From Gammaproteobacteria bacterium (GTDB lineage: Bacteria; Pseudomonadota; Gammaproteobacteria; Eutrophobiales; Eutrophobiaceae): a stretch of DNA of 64,000 nucleotides. The translations under genes and the position numbers were made by a program. Shown piece after piece: positions 1 to 11,329 of the stretch (position 1 is the stretch's first letter; each line of letters starts with the position of its first letter). The notes beneath the pieces are model-generated. The model did no database searches, had not been told where the DNA came from, and worked only from the letters and a program-made list of their open reading frames with translations. Where the stretch lies: the NCBI GenBank assembly GCA_965215365.1, contig CBDCDS010000003.1:1664001-1728000 (forward strand), read 5' to 3'.

Positions 1-1179
<1,179 letters not shown>

Positions 1180-1189
1180 TTATCCCCCC

Positions 1190-2770
1190 TCATTCCAGCC
1201 GCGTAAACTGTTTCGGATCAAACGCATTACGCACCCCTTCGCCGACAAACACGCACAGCAGGATGACCAGGAACAGCGCCAGACTGGGGTACAGGATCAG
1301 CCACCAGTACGCCTGTCCCTGAGCCTGGGCCAGCAATTGCCCCCAGGAGGCGGTAGGCGGCGGCAGGCCGAAGCCCAAATAGTCCAGCGCCGCCAGGGTG
1401 CCGATGGCGCCCACCAGGGAGAATGGGAAGAAGGTGGTCAGCGGCACCAGCGCGTTGGGCAGGATATGACGAAACAGGATTTTCCGGTCCGGCAGCCCCA
1501 GGCAGCGGGCGGCCTCGACAAACTGCTGGTTGCGCAGGCGCAGGAACTCGGCGCGCATGTAGTAGGAGATGCCGATCCAGTTGAACAAACCGTACACCAG
1601 CAGTAACAGCGTGAAACTCTGACCATATACGGACCCCAGCAGGATCAGCACGTACAGGAACGGCAGCGCCTCCCAGATCTCGGTCAGGCGCTGGCCGGTG
1701 AGGTCTATCGCGCCGCCGTAGTAACCCTGGATGGCGCCGATGATGGTGCCCATGAACAGGGATGCCACCACCAGCAGCAAGCCGAAGTTGAGCGAGGTGC
1801 GCAGGCCGTAGAAGATCCGCGCCAGCACATCCCGACCGGTATCATCCAGCCCGAACAGGTGCGGCCCCACCGGACGGAACGGGAAGCGCACATCTTCCTT
1901 GTCAAAGCTGAGGCGGTACTGTGCGCCCTCATGCTCTAGGCGCAGGTCACCGACTGGCACCGTCACCCGGTTCTCGGCCAGCCGCCGGATTTCCTGCCGT
2001 TGCGCGCCCGTCAGCCCTTGCCATAAGTCTCCCGAGGCGCTGACCTGCCCGGCCTCAGGCGTGTACAGCCAAATTTCTTCCTGCTGCTGCGCCGCGCGTT
2101 CGCGTAGCACTACGCGTACCGTTTCCGGGCGCCGGTTGCGAGGTCGGTACGGCGACAGGTGCAGTTCCACCGCTGGCAGGTCCGTGAAAACCTGCATGTA
2201 AGAGTCGTCCGCCAGATTATCAAAACGCTGTCTTAAGGCCTGCAGAAATGGCTCCGGCAACGCATACACCGCGCTGAGGTCAGTCCCTGCGACAGCTTCA
2301 TACTCTGCCGGGAAAAACCACGCGGCGCGCTGTTCACGGCGTATGCTCAGGTCGGTGTCGATATCCACGGAACCCACCCGGGGGGTGCGGCGCACCCGGA
2401 TCTGCACCTCGTTGCCCACCGGAATGGACTCGGCCTTGATGATCTCCTGAGGTCCGAACGGCAGCAGCGGGAAGATCATGAAATTCTCTTCATTGTCCGC
2501 AAACGCAGGCGTGGCATTGATGGCCTTATAGTCCGGGCGGGTGAGCCGGCCACTGCCGGTAAAGGTATCCTCCGGGTAGAACAACAGTACCGGGAAATAA
2601 GACTTGCCCTGATACTGCACATACAGCGGCCGGTCGTTGCAGAACACCTCCGCCACTAGGCTGGTCAGGTACAAAAAGACGATGATCAGCAAGGAATAAT
2701 ACGCCCGTCGGTAGTCGCGAAACCGCTGCAGACGCTTGCGCGTGATCGGGTTGATAGCGCGGTTAATCAT
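1190..2770 (-). CDS. yejE: Peptide ABC transporter permease (YejE-like) with long periplasmic insertion
   Basis: HLFGLDDTGRDVLARIFYG, FVEAARCLG EAA loop, LGFGLPPPTASWG. Confidence 0.85.
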   Translation of the reverse strand: MINRAINPITRKRLQRFRDYRRAYYSLLIIVFLYLTSLVAEVFCNDRPLYVQYQGKSYFPVLLFYPEDTFTGSGRLTRPDYKAINATPAFADNEENFMIFPLLPFGPQEIIKAESIPVGNEVQIRVRRTPRVGSVDIDTDLSIRREQRAAWFFPAEYEAVAGTDLSAVYALPEPFLQALRQRFDNLADDSYMQVFTDLPAVELHLSPYRPRNRRPETVRVVLRERAAQQQEEIWLYTPEAGQVSASGDLWQGLTGAQRQEIRRLAENRVTVPVGDLRLEHEGAQYRLSFDKEDVRFPFRPVGPHLFGLDDTGRDVLARIFYGLRTSLNFGLLLVVASLFMGTIIGAIQGYYGGAIDLTGQRLTEIWEALPFLYVLILLGSVYGQSFTLLLLVYGLFNWIGISYYMRAEFLRLRNQQFVEAARCLGLPDRKILFRHILPNALVPLTTFFPFSLVGAIGTLAALDYLGFGLPPPTASWGQLLAQAQGQAYWWLILYPSLALFLVILLCVFVGEGVRNAFDPKQFTRLE

Positions 2771-3810
2771 GCGTCAAAATGTATGCGCGGATCCACGAAC
2801 ATGTAGCAGATATCCGAGAAAATTCTGCCCACCAGTCCCAGTATTGACGTCAGCGCCAGGATGCCCATGAACACCATGTAGTCGCGGCTGACGATGGCCT
2901 CTAGGCTGAGCAGGCCCATGCCGGGGATTTCAAATACCTTCTCTATCAGCACCGAACCGGCGAAGATCAGGGTGAAGATGCTGCCGAAGCCGGTGGCAAT
3001 CGGGATCAGTGAGTTACGGAACGCATGTCCCCATATCGCGCGGCGGAAAGTGGCGCCTTTGGCCAGCACGGTGCGCACGTAATCCTGGCTGATTTGCTCC
3101 AGCAGGCTGTTTTTCATCAGCAGAGTCAGCACTGCGAAGTTGCCGATCATGTAGCAGGTAACCGGCAGACACATGTGCATGAACAAGTCCTTGGCCTTGT
3201 CCACGGTGGACAATTCGGCAAAGTTCTCGGAGGTAAAGCCGCTCACCGGGAAGATGTCCCACAACCCCTCGGTCGTCCCGGACAGCAGCATCTTCAGCAA
3301 CATACCGAATGCGAACGCCGGGATGGCGTAACCGATGAACACCAGCACGCTGCTGGAGATATCGAACCAGGAGCCGTTGCGGATGGCCTTGGCCACCCCC
3401 AGTGGAACACACACCAGGTAGGTCAGGAAGAACCCGGCAAGGCCGAAGCTGAGCGATACCGGAAAGCGCTCCGTGATGAGCTCCAGCACGGTCTTGTTGG
3501 GGTACTTCCAGGAACTCACAGTCATACCGATGTGGTCCTGTGCCAGCCATTTCCAGTAGCGTTGCAGCAGTGGCTTGTCAAAGCCGAAATGCTGCTCCAG
3601 TGCCTGGCGCTGCTCCGGCGAGATGCCGCTGGGCCCGGCGCTCGCGGCGGCGTCAACCGAGCCCTCACCAATGCCGCGCATACTCATAAGTGCCTGCTCC
3701 ACCGGCCCGCCGGGGATGAACTGGCACAACGCGAAACAGGCAAAGGTAATGCCGATAAAGGTGGGAATGACCAGCAACAAGCGCCTGATGACGTAGTGGG
3801 TGCGTTCCAT
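2767..3810 (-). CDS. yejB: Peptide ABC transporter permease (YejB-like)
   Basis: YVIRRLLLVIPT, PGGPVEQ, FGFDKPLLQRY, DYVRTVLAKG, VDPRIHF. Confidence 0.85.
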   Translation of the reverse strand: MERTHYVIRRLLLVIPTFIGITFACFALCQFIPGGPVEQALMSMRGIGEGSVDAAASAGPSGISPEQRQALEQHFGFDKPLLQRYWKWLAQDHIGMTVSSWKYPNKTVLELITERFPVSLSFGLAGFFLTYLVCVPLGVAKAIRNGSWFDISSSVLVFIGYAIPAFAFGMLLKMLLSGTTEGLWDIFPVSGFTSENFAELSTVDKAKDLFMHMCLPVTCYMIGNFAVLTLLMKNSLLEQISQDYVRTVLAKGATFRRAIWGHAFRNSLIPIATGFGSIFTLIFAGSVLIEKVFEIPGMGLLSLEAIVSRDYMVFMGILALTSILGLVGRIFSDICYMFVDPRIHFDA

Positions 3811-3812
3811 CG

Positions 3813-5570
3813 CTACTCAAAGACATCATCAAAACGGATCACGGCATCCCGTGCCGGCAGCGGCAGTTGCGTCTCCTGCGCATACTCCAGGTCCGCGGCG
3901 GCATCTTCGTCGTACCACCAGAACAGGTAGGCGCCGGCCTCGCCGGCATACTTGGGCAGCACGGTGTCCGGCACGCCGAACTTGTTCCAGTACAACAGGC
4001 GCCGGTAGTTCAGGTTCCAGAGCAGTATATAGGGAATATCGTTGGCCAGGATGGTGTCAATCTCCCGTATCGTAGCGTGGCGCCGGTTGAGGTCGAACTC
4101 CGTGCGCAAGCCGTCTATCATGGCATCTACCGCAGGGTTTTTGTAACCGGTGATGTTCTGTCCGCCGGGACGGTCAGCCTCGCGCGAGTGCCACAGCGAT
4201 TCCGGGTCCTTGAACATGGACGCGCCCCAGGCCGCCCAGGTCATGTCGAAATTGAACTCGTCCATATCTTTCACCCAGGCCGCCCAATCCTTGCGCACGA
4301 TTTCCAGTTGAATGCCAACGTCATTTAAGTCTTCCCGGTAGATAGCCAGATACTTGTCCGAGGATTGGTTGCGGGTGAGGAAATGGATGATGAACGGCTG
4401 GCCGTTCTTTTCCAGCAGGCCGGTGTTCGGGTCGGCGCGCCAGCCGGCCGCCGCCAGCAGGTGCCGCGCCTGTTCCTTATCGAAGCGTAGCGCCGGCCCC
4501 TGGCAGGGCCGGTCCGCGTCGTACAGGTCTTCAAAGTAGCAGCGATGCAGAAAATAGGATTCATACATCAGCGTGCGGTTCATTTTTTCCCGGTTCAGCA
4601 GGTGCGCCAGGGCCAGACGCACGCGCCGATCGGCAAACTTGTCCCGGCGCAGGTTCATGGCAAAACCCTGGAAACCGATGGGGTTGTAGTTATAGACCTC
4701 CTGCTTGATAATCCAGTTGTTGTCGTAGGCCGCGCCGCGGGTTTCCGCGGCCCAGCGCGACGCGGTATAGACCGGGTAGAAGTCCAGGTTGCCGGTCTTG
4801 AACTCGGCGAAGGCGTTTTCCCGCTCGGCAAAAAAGCGGAACTTCAGGCGCTCGAAATTGGCAACGCCGGCGGCGCCCGGCAGCTGCCGACGCCACCAGT
4901 CCTGCCGACGCTTGAGAGTCAGCGCGCGCCCTTCCCGGAGCGTTGCCACCATGTAAGGTCCCGCCACCACCGGGAACTCGAAGTTGATTTTATTAAAGTC
5001 CCGGTCCTTGAAGACATGCGCCGGCAGCACGTGGAATGACCCCAGCGACAGCAGGTTCTTCCAGTGCACTTCCTTGGCAGTGAAGCGTAGCGTGCGGTCA
5101 TCGATCACTTGCGGCGCATGAAAGCGCTCAAAATTGATCTTGTGCGGCCCGGTGAGATTTTTCGGGTCCATCACTGCGGCGTAAGTCCAGGCCACATCCT
5201 GAGCGCGGATCGGCATGCCATCGCTCCACTTAGCGCGCGCGTCCAGCCGGAACTCAAAGCTCAGCCGGTCTGCGGACACCGACCAGGAGTCCGCCAGCCC
5301 CGGTTCGAACTCCAGCGTCAGGCCGTTGTTACTAAGCAGGGTTTCAAACAGCAGGTTGAACACCCGGCTGGAGGTCACGGTGGTGTCCAGGTAGTAATTA
5401 AAACTCTTGGGGAACGGCCCCGACCAGAACTTGAATTCCCCGCCGGGGTAGGCGTCAGGACTGGCAAACGGCGACGGACGCGGCTGCCACTCCGGCGCCG
5501 GATAAACCTGCGCCGCCACGCCGGGCAGCAAGCCGGGCAATATGCTCAGCAACAGGTAAAGTTTGTGCAT
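3813..5570 (-). CDS. yejA: Family 5 ABC substrate-binding protein (YejA-like)
   Basis: Signal peptide, ASPDAYPGG, AKWSDGMPI..DV, NLRRDKFADRRVRLAL, WWYD C-terminus. Confidence 0.85.
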   Translation of the reverse strand: MHKLYLLLSILPGLLPGVAAQVYPAPEWQPRPSPFASPDAYPGGEFKFWSGPFPKSFNYYLDTTVTSSRVFNLLFETLLSNNGLTLEFEPGLADSWSVSADRLSFEFRLDARAKWSDGMPIRAQDVAWTYAAVMDPKNLTGPHKINFERFHAPQVIDDRTLRFTAKEVHWKNLLSLGSFHVLPAHVFKDRDFNKINFEFPVVAGPYMVATLREGRALTLKRRQDWWRRQLPGAAGVANFERLKFRFFAERENAFAEFKTGNLDFYPVYTASRWAAETRGAAYDNNWIIKQEVYNYNPIGFQGFAMNLRRDKFADRRVRLALAHLLNREKMNRTLMYESYFLHRCYFEDLYDADRPCQGPALRFDKEQARHLLAAAGWRADPNTGLLEKNGQPFIIHFLTRNQSSDKYLAIYREDLNDVGIQLEIVRKDWAAWVKDMDEFNFDMTWAAWGASMFKDPESLWHSREADRPGGQNITGYKNPAVDAMIDGLRTEFDLNRRHATIREIDTILANDIPYILLWNLNYRRLLYWNKFGVPDTVLPKYAGEAGAYLFWWYDEDAAADLEYAQETQLPLPARDAVIRFDDVFE

Positions 5571-5580
5571 GGTACGGTTT

Positions 5581-5642
5581 TTCACAGACTGCACAGATTA
5601 ACACAGATTGTGCTTGCGTTAATCTGCGCCAGCTGCGGATAA
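5581..5642. repeat. Degenerate REP-like element (CACAGAT repeats ... AATCTGCG)
   Basis: cacagactgcacagattaacacagatt followed by partly complementary aatctgcgccagctgcgg in a divergent intergenic region. Confidence 0.4.
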
Positions 5643-5685
5643 ATCTTCCGGGTCATCCACCGCTAATCGTGGTATTTTATCTCCC

Positions 5686-6858
5686 ATGGCTCCTCTGCAC
5701 GAGATTGGTTTTTCCCTGTTCCTGATTTTCACCGGCGCCGCGGCGCTGGCTACCGTGGCGTTGTATGCGCGTCAGGCGATTATCGTCGCCTATATCATAC
5801 TGGGCGTGATCCTCGGCCCCTGGGGCCTGGGGCTGCTCAGTGATGCTCAGTTGATCGCCGATATCTCCCATATCGGTATCATTTTCCTGCTCTACCTGCT
5901 GGGCCTGGACCTGATACCGCAGGAATTATGGAAGATGCTGGGCGAGGCGATGTGGGTCACGTTACTGAGCTCGCTGGTGTTTTTTGTGGCAGGTTTCGCC
6001 ATTGCCCTGGGCTTCAGTTATCCGTTGCACGAAGCGGTTCTGATCGGTTCTGTCATGATGTTTTCCAGCACCATCATCGGTGTGAAACTGTTACCCACCA
6101 CCGCCTTGCATCACCGCCATTCGGGGCAGATGATTATCAGCGTCCTGTTAATCCAGGACTTGATTGCAATCGTCATCCTGCTGATGCTGCAAGGTTACGG
6201 CAAGAACGACCAGTTGCTGCTTGACATCACCCGGCAGCTGCTGACCCTGCCGCTGCTGATCCTGATTTCCTGGTTTTTCAATCGCTACGTGATCGTCAAA
6301 CTGATCAGTCGCTTTGACCAGATCCATGAATACATTTTCCTGCTGGCCATTGCCTGGTGCCTGGCTATTGCGGAAGTGGCGGCGCTGCTGGGTCTGTCGT
6401 ATGAGATCGGCGCGTTCATCGCCGGCATCACCCTAGCGTCCAGCCCCATCGCCCCGTTCATTACCATGAATCTGAAACCGCTGCGGGATTTCTTCTTGGT
6501 GCTGTTTTTCTTTTCCTTAGGTGCCGGCTTTAACATGGGTATCATCTCACAAATCATCCTGCCGGCGGCGGCGCTGGCAGCCTGTACCCTGGTGCTCAAA
6601 CCCTTTGTTTTTGAGAAACTGTTTGTCAAGGCCAATGAAAAACGGTCAATTTCCAGGGAAGTGGGCTATCGGCTGGGAACGATCAGCGAGTTCTCCCTGC
6701 TGGTTGCAGTCATGGCGGCACAGACAAATTTTATCGAGCAGAGCACGTCGTACATGATCCAGCTGGCGACATTGATTACCTTTGTCATTTCCTCGGGCAT
6801 TGTGGTGATGAATTTCCGCACCCCGATTGCGGTCTCAGCTCGCTTGCGCCGCGATTGA
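5686..6858 (+). CDS. Cation:proton antiporter (CPA2/Kef-like, no KTN domain)
   Basis: About 12 TM segments; GVILGP, FSSTIIGVKLL, LLIQD, IGAFIAG, PLRDFF, ISEFS motifs. Confidence 0.9.
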   Translation: MAPLHEIGFSLFLIFTGAAALATVALYARQAIIVAYIILGVILGPWGLGLLSDAQLIADISHIGIIFLLYLLGLDLIPQELWKMLGEAMWVTLLSSLVFFVAGFAIALGFSYPLHEAVLIGSVMMFSSTIIGVKLLPTTALHHRHSGQMIISVLLIQDLIAIVILLMLQGYGKNDQLLLDITRQLLTLPLLILISWFFNRYVIVKLISRFDQIHEYIFLLAIAWCLAIAEVAALLGLSYEIGAFIAGITLASSPIAPFITMNLKPLRDFFLVLFFFSLGAGFNMGIISQIILPAAALAACTLVLKPFVFEKLFVKANEKRSISREVGYRLGTISEFSLLVAVMAAQTNFIEQSTSYMIQLATLITFVISSGIVVMNFRTPIAVSARLRRD

Positions 6859-6963
6859 CTGTGCCCCAAGCGGTCCGGTTGAGCCGTAGCCGCAGTAACC
6901 GCCCTGCCGTTGCAGTAACCGTTATAATGACGGGTGCTCCCTGCGCAACACCGGAAAATAATC

Positions 6964-7572
6964 ATGTTTGAGAAAAAAGCGATCACCTCGGTTCCTGTGA
7001 ATAACCTGCTGGCCCGGCGCTGGAGCGGCGTGTCATACGACCCCGCACGGCCGGTGGAGGCGGACAAACTCAGCGCTTGTATCGAAGCGGCAAGGTGGGC
7101 GCCGTCCTGCTACGGCGCGCAGCCCTGGAGTTTTATTATCTGTGATCGCAGCCGCGACGAGTCGGCATGGCAGGCGGCCCTGGCCTGCCTGGTGGAGGGC
7201 AATCGTGATTGGGCGCAACAGGCGCCGGTACTCATCCTGGCGCTGGCTCGGGAGCATTTTCAGCATAACGACAAGCCCAACCGCTGGGCGCAGTACGACA
7301 CCGGCGCCGCCGCCGTCAGCCTGTGTTTGCAGGCTACCGAGCTGGGTCTGATGGCGCACCAGATGGGTGGTTTCGATGCGGACCGGTCTATAACAGCATT
7401 CGGCATCCCCGCAGGGCACACCCCCATGGCCATGATTGCCCTCGGCTACCAAACCGCACAGGAAGAGGTTCCGGCAGCACGCCAAGAGCGGGAATTTGCG
7501 CCGAGAAAACGCAATCCTGTTGCAGAACATTTCTTCTTTGGGGCGTGGGGGAAGGGTAGTCAAAGCAATTAA
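6964..7572 (+). CDS. Nitroreductase family protein
   Basis: RRWSGVSY, EAARWAPSCYGAQPW, YDTGAA, GLMAHQMGGFD. Confidence 0.9.
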   Translation: MFEKKAITSVPVNNLLARRWSGVSYDPARPVEADKLSACIEAARWAPSCYGAQPWSFIICDRSRDESAWQAALACLVEGNRDWAQQAPVLILALAREHFQHNDKPNRWAQYDTGAAAVSLCLQATELGLMAHQMGGFDADRSITAFGIPAGHTPMAMIALGYQTAQEEVPAARQEREFAPRKRNPVAEHFFFGAWGKGSQSN

Positions 7573-7640
7573 CATAGATGGACGGGATAGACAGGATTTC
7601 TTTGCTGTTCATCCTGTCTGTCCTGTACGTCAATGTTAAC
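7570..7640. repeat. REP-like imperfect palindrome (ACATRGATG..CAGGAT...ATCCTG..CATCCATGT family)
   Basis: taacatagatggacgggatagacaggat / atcctgtctgtcctgtacgtcaatgtta; half copies at 8934-8946 and about 62569-62589. Confidence 0.55.
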
Positions 7641-8937
7641 TCAACATAGCCGTCTGCTGCGTCTGGCGGGTCCGTTAGTCCTGTCCAACCTGACGGTGGC
7701 CTTGCAGGGCATGGTCGATACGGCAGTAGTCGGCCACCTGGATACACCGGCGTACATCGGTGCAGTGGCGGTGGCCAATGTGATCTTCAGCTTCCTTTAC
7801 TGGGGCATGGGCTTTTTGCGTATGAGTACGGTGGGCATCGTCGCCCAGCTCATGGGCGCTGATAATCCTGAGCGTCTGCGCGCGGCGCTGTTGCACAGTT
7901 GTTTTCTCGGCGCCGTCATTGCCCTGGCCATCCTGTTATTACAGACCCCGGTAGTGCGTCTGGGGCTGAACCTGCTCGGTGGCAGCGCCGCGGTCAGGGC
8001 CAATGCGCAGGTCTATTTTTACTGGGCGGTGTGGAGCGCACCGGCGGTCTTGCTGAATATGACCTGTGTGGGGTGGCTGCTGGGCCTGCACAATGCCCGC
8101 GCCACGCTGTACATCGCCCTGCTGATTGGCGCGCTGAATATGCTGCTGGACCTGGTGTTCGTGTTTGGTCTGCACCTAGATGTGCGCGGCGTGGCGCTGG
8201 CGTCGGTCGTGGCCCAGTATTGTGGTTGCGCACTCGCAGGGTATTTTATTGTCGGTGAGTTGCGGCGGCGTCCGGGGCCGTGGAGCAAGTCGGTTATTCT
8301 CAACCGCAAGGACTTTGCCGGTTTGTTGGCGCTGAACCAGAATATTTTTATCAGGACCTTGTGCCTGATCTTCGCCTTCGCATTTTTTACCCGGCAAGGC
8401 GCCCAGCAGGGGGAACTGGTGCTGGCGGCCAACGCCGTGCTGATCAATTTCATGTTGCTGGTAGCGCTCGGTCTGGACGGGTTTGCCAATGCTGCAGAAG
8501 CCCTGGTAGGCAAGGCTATCGGCGCCGGTGACCGGACGCAATTACAAAAATCTGTGCAGGCCGCCATGCTCTGGGGTGGCGCCGTGGCGCTGCTGTATGC
8601 CCTGTTATTTGTGCTGGCCGGCAACGGGCTGGTCAACCTGATGACCAACCTGGAGCCGGTGCGGGAGACCGCCGGCCAATACCTGCCCTGGATGATGGCA
8701 GCGCCGGTTATTTCGGTCTGGTGCTTCCTGCTGGATGGGATCTTTATCGGCGCCACCCGCGGGCGCGAGCTCAGAAACGCCATGCTGTTCTCCACCCTTA
8801 TCGTTTACCTCCCTTGCTGGTATCTGTTGCAGGACTTCGGCAACCACGGCCTATGGCTGGCGCTGATGGCATTTTTCATCGCCCGCACACTGAGCCTGTT
8901 GTGGTACTACCGCAATGCTTCAAAGTGGATTAGTTGA
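7633..8937 (+). CDS. dinF: MATE family efflux transporter (DinF-like)
   Basis: LAGPLVLSN, VDTAVVGHL, GFLRMST, LDGFANAAEALVG, DGIFIGATR. Confidence 0.9.
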   Translation: MLTQHSRLLRLAGPLVLSNLTVALQGMVDTAVVGHLDTPAYIGAVAVANVIFSFLYWGMGFLRMSTVGIVAQLMGADNPERLRAALLHSCFLGAVIALAILLLQTPVVRLGLNLLGGSAAVRANAQVYFYWAVWSAPAVLLNMTCVGWLLGLHNARATLYIALLIGALNMLLDLVFVFGLHLDVRGVALASVVAQYCGCALAGYFIVGELRRRPGPWSKSVILNRKDFAGLLALNQNIFIRTLCLIFAFAFFTRQGAQQGELVLAANAVLINFMLLVALGLDGFANAAEALVGKAIGAGDRTQLQKSVQAAMLWGGAVALLYALLFVLAGNGLVNLMTNLEPVRETAGQYLPWMMAAPVISVWCFLLDGIFIGATRGRELRNAMLFSTLIVYLPCWYLLQDFGNHGLWLALMAFFIARTLSLLWYYRNASKWIS

Positions 8938-8974
8938 CATGGATGCCCCACAAGAATCAAAAAAGCCTGTCCGG

Positions 8975-9137
8975 TGCAGCAGATTGGTCGAGGGCGACCT
9001 GCTATCGCTGGTTGAAGCGGTATCGTGAATGTGGGCTGAGGGGTCTGGGGACTGCCTCTCGTGCGCCGCGACGGCGGCGTGTGCGGCAGCGGGCACGCCA
9101 GCACGAGCAGCAGCAGGTCTTGCACCTGCGCCAATGC
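8975..9137 (+). pseudogene. IS481-family transposase HTH fragment
   Basis: SRATCYRWLKRYRECGLRGLG..SRAPRRRRV matches the ORF at 39436-40227. Confidence 0.85.
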
Positions 9138-9180
9138 TCTGCTAGACTGACCGCTCTTGTGTAACCTGTCAAGGAGCGCT

Positions 9181-10458
9181 ATGACCACATCGTTCCCGCA
9201 TGATTTCAGTGACGAACGCTACACCGAGGCACTGTTGGGCCTGTTCAAGCCCGGCACCGGCGTGGCCCCGCCCAAGCTCGCCGGGCGCGGTGATGAGACG
9301 AAGGTCTTTGAGCGCCAGCTGTTGATCGACTTGCGCAAGGGATGCGGCCCGGCAGGGGACTTGGTGCTCTTCGGGCCGCGCGGTAACGGCAAGACGGTGT
9401 TGCTCACTGATCTCAGTCGCCGCGCCGCTGAGCGTCAGATTGACGTGGTCACGCTGACTCCTGATGAGATCGATTCCCCGCTGCAGCTAATCAGAAACTT
9501 ATTGCAGCGTCCGCCGTCGACACTGGCGTCGGGCGGGCTCTGGCTCGGGCGCTTGTTGAGGCGGCGCGCACCGCGCACACAGAAGGCCTCGGCGGCGAGC
9601 TTACGCGTGGGAGCGGGCGATCTCAGCGCGGAGCTCAGTGCTGAGCTCAGCGTTGTCTCAGACGATGAGCTCAGGGTGTATGGTGAGGCCAAGCTGACTG
9701 CGCGTTGTCGCGCACAACCGCTGTTGGTCACCGTGGACGAAGCCCATACGCTCGATATCGAGACCGGGCGCCGGCTGCTGAACCTCAGCCAGCAGCTGCG
9801 CACGGCCGATGTCCCGTTCGTCCTCATCTTGGCCGGCACGCCTAATCTTGAAGCGCATCTGGGTAAGATGAGCGCCACCTTCTGGGATCGCTCTGAGATC
9901 CTGCCGATCGGCCGGCTGAGCGCTAAGGCCACGGCCGAGGCTTTAACGACTCCGCTGGCCCAATGGTCGGTGGCTTTCGAGCCGGACGCCTTGGCGGCGG
10001 TGGTGGATGACTCACAGTGTTATCCGTATTTCATTCAGCTTTGGGGGCGGGCGTTGTGTGGCGCCTTGGTCGAGCAAGGGGGGGGGCACACAGTGACCTT
10101 GGGTCTCGTCAAGCAGGCTGCCCCACAGGTCGCGGCACGGCGCCTGCGTTATTATGGGAGGCGATATCTGGAGCTCGAAGATCGTGGCTTGCTCGAGACC
10201 GCGTCGCTCGTCGCCGGCTGTTTCGAGAAGTCCGAGCAGGTGGCCAGGGCGACGCTCAAGGCGGCGTTGGGCGAGGGGCTCGGGTCAGACGCCGAGGCCG
10301 CCATGGCGGTGCTCGGCCAACTCGCCGACTTAGGCTACACCTGGGCGCCTGACGGCGGTCGGGAGATCGAGCCGGGTATTCCGTCGCTGATGAGTCATGT
10401 GCGCGAGGCGGTCGCTGAGGAGGCGATGGATTTTCCAGAACCGCCACCGCGGCCTTAA
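9181..10458 (+). CDS. P-loop AAA ATPase (AAA_16/ATPase_2-like) with probable C-terminal winged helix
   Basis: PGTGVAPPKLAGR, Walker A GPRGNGKT, Walker B LVTVDEAH, ILAGTP, CYPYFIQLWG; RBS AAGGAG. Confidence 0.85.
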   Translation: MTTSFPHDFSDERYTEALLGLFKPGTGVAPPKLAGRGDETKVFERQLLIDLRKGCGPAGDLVLFGPRGNGKTVLLTDLSRRAAERQIDVVTLTPDEIDSPLQLIRNLLQRPPSTLASGGLWLGRLLRRRAPRTQKASAASLRVGAGDLSAELSAELSVVSDDELRVYGEAKLTARCRAQPLLVTVDEAHTLDIETGRRLLNLSQQLRTADVPFVLILAGTPNLEAHLGKMSATFWDRSEILPIGRLSAKATAEALTTPLAQWSVAFEPDALAAVVDDSQCYPYFIQLWGRALCGALVEQGGGHTVTLGLVKQAAPQVAARRLRYYGRRYLELEDRGLLETASLVAGCFEKSEQVARATLKAALGEGLGSDAEAAMAVLGQLADLGYTWAPDGGREIEPGIPSLMSHVREAVAEEAMDFPEPPPRP

Positions 10459-10592
10459 CCCGCAGATATCACCAAGTCGCTTGTTGCCTTGTGCAACATG
10501 ATTGCTCTCAATAAGTTATGGTAACCTCTAAGCCTTCATGATCAACCCCTCACACAGCACAGTCTCATAGGCATTGAACCTGAACAAAAGTC

Positions 10593-10621
10593 TTGACTGT
10601 AGAGTGGAATTGTGTTAAAGT
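10593..10621 (+). promoter_or_regulatory. Sigma70 promoter TTGACT-17-TAAAGT
   Basis: -35 at 10593-10598, -10 at 10616-10621; GAGGAG RBS downstream. Confidence 0.65.
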
Positions 10622-10673
10622 TGCGATGTCGTTCAGCTTCTATACAATCACCCGTTTACTGAGGAGAACGAGA

Positions 10674-11235
10674 ATGAAAATGAAACTTACGGTTACCCCC
10701 CCCCCCCCCCCCCCCCACACGCCCTAGCCGCCTGACGGCACCGGCCACCCTGCTGGTGGCCCTGATGCTGGGACTGGCCGGCACCCTGCCGATGACAACA
10801 TATGCGCAGGTTAATCTGTGCCCGAATGGATTGCTTCAGTTGAATAACATCTATATGACCGTAACCGTGGGTCAGAACCGAGGGTCGACATACAACCCGG
10901 ACACAGCCCAGTTTACGACCGACACGACAAAACATTCGGCCACGGTTACGGTCAGAGAAGAGCAGGCGAATCTCCTTATCACCGGCCGGGGGTACACCTC
11001 TGGCCAATTCCGTTTTGGGATGCAGGGCGAAGGCGAGGCCCTTCTCCACCACGGCGTCATGTGGTCCGCCGGGCGCCTTCACAATGGTCAGTTGTCGGGG
11101 ATTGACATTCCGATCTCTTTCCATAACCTGGAGCCGGGCACAAAGTACGCTGTGGAACTTCTTGTAGAGAATACCAATCTCCACCCTGAGCGGCGCCTAC
11201 TATTCCGGAACTGTTTCCAGACGCCCGCGCCCTGA
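10674..11235 (+). CDS. Putative secreted protein with poly-C tract in the signal N-region, out of frame as assembled
   Basis: ATG 10674, C21 at 10696-10716, TAG 10725; removing one C gives MKMKLTVTPPPPPPTRPSRLTAPATLLVALMLGLAGTLPMTTYA-QVNLCPNG joined to ORF 10756-11235. Confidence 0.7.
10696..10716 (+). repeat. C21 homopolymer
   Basis: Direct count. Confidence 0.95.
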
Positions 11236-11329
11236 CCCCACGCCCTTCCTGCTGCTAGCGACTATGCTGGCACCTGCGGCGGTGACGGCGCAGATGGTTG
11301 GAGGCAGTGTCTGCCCGTCAGGCACGTTT

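Larger units (their letters stand above)
8968..10586 (+). mobile_element. Non-autonomous IS481-family derivative carrying an AAA-ATPase (copy 1)
   Basis: Starts TGTCCGG like the IS end at 40281; transposase 5' remnant about 8975-9137; ends ...gtctcataggcattgaacctgaACA like the IS end at 39147; flanked by AAAGCC / AAAGTC (5/6 match). Confidence 0.8.

Noticed and set aside
9181-10458. Tn7/CAST TnsC or IS21 IstB
   Set aside because: Length and motifs fit the stand-alone AAA_16/ATPase_2 type; no TniQ, Cas or IstA nearby. Not fully excluded without a structural search.
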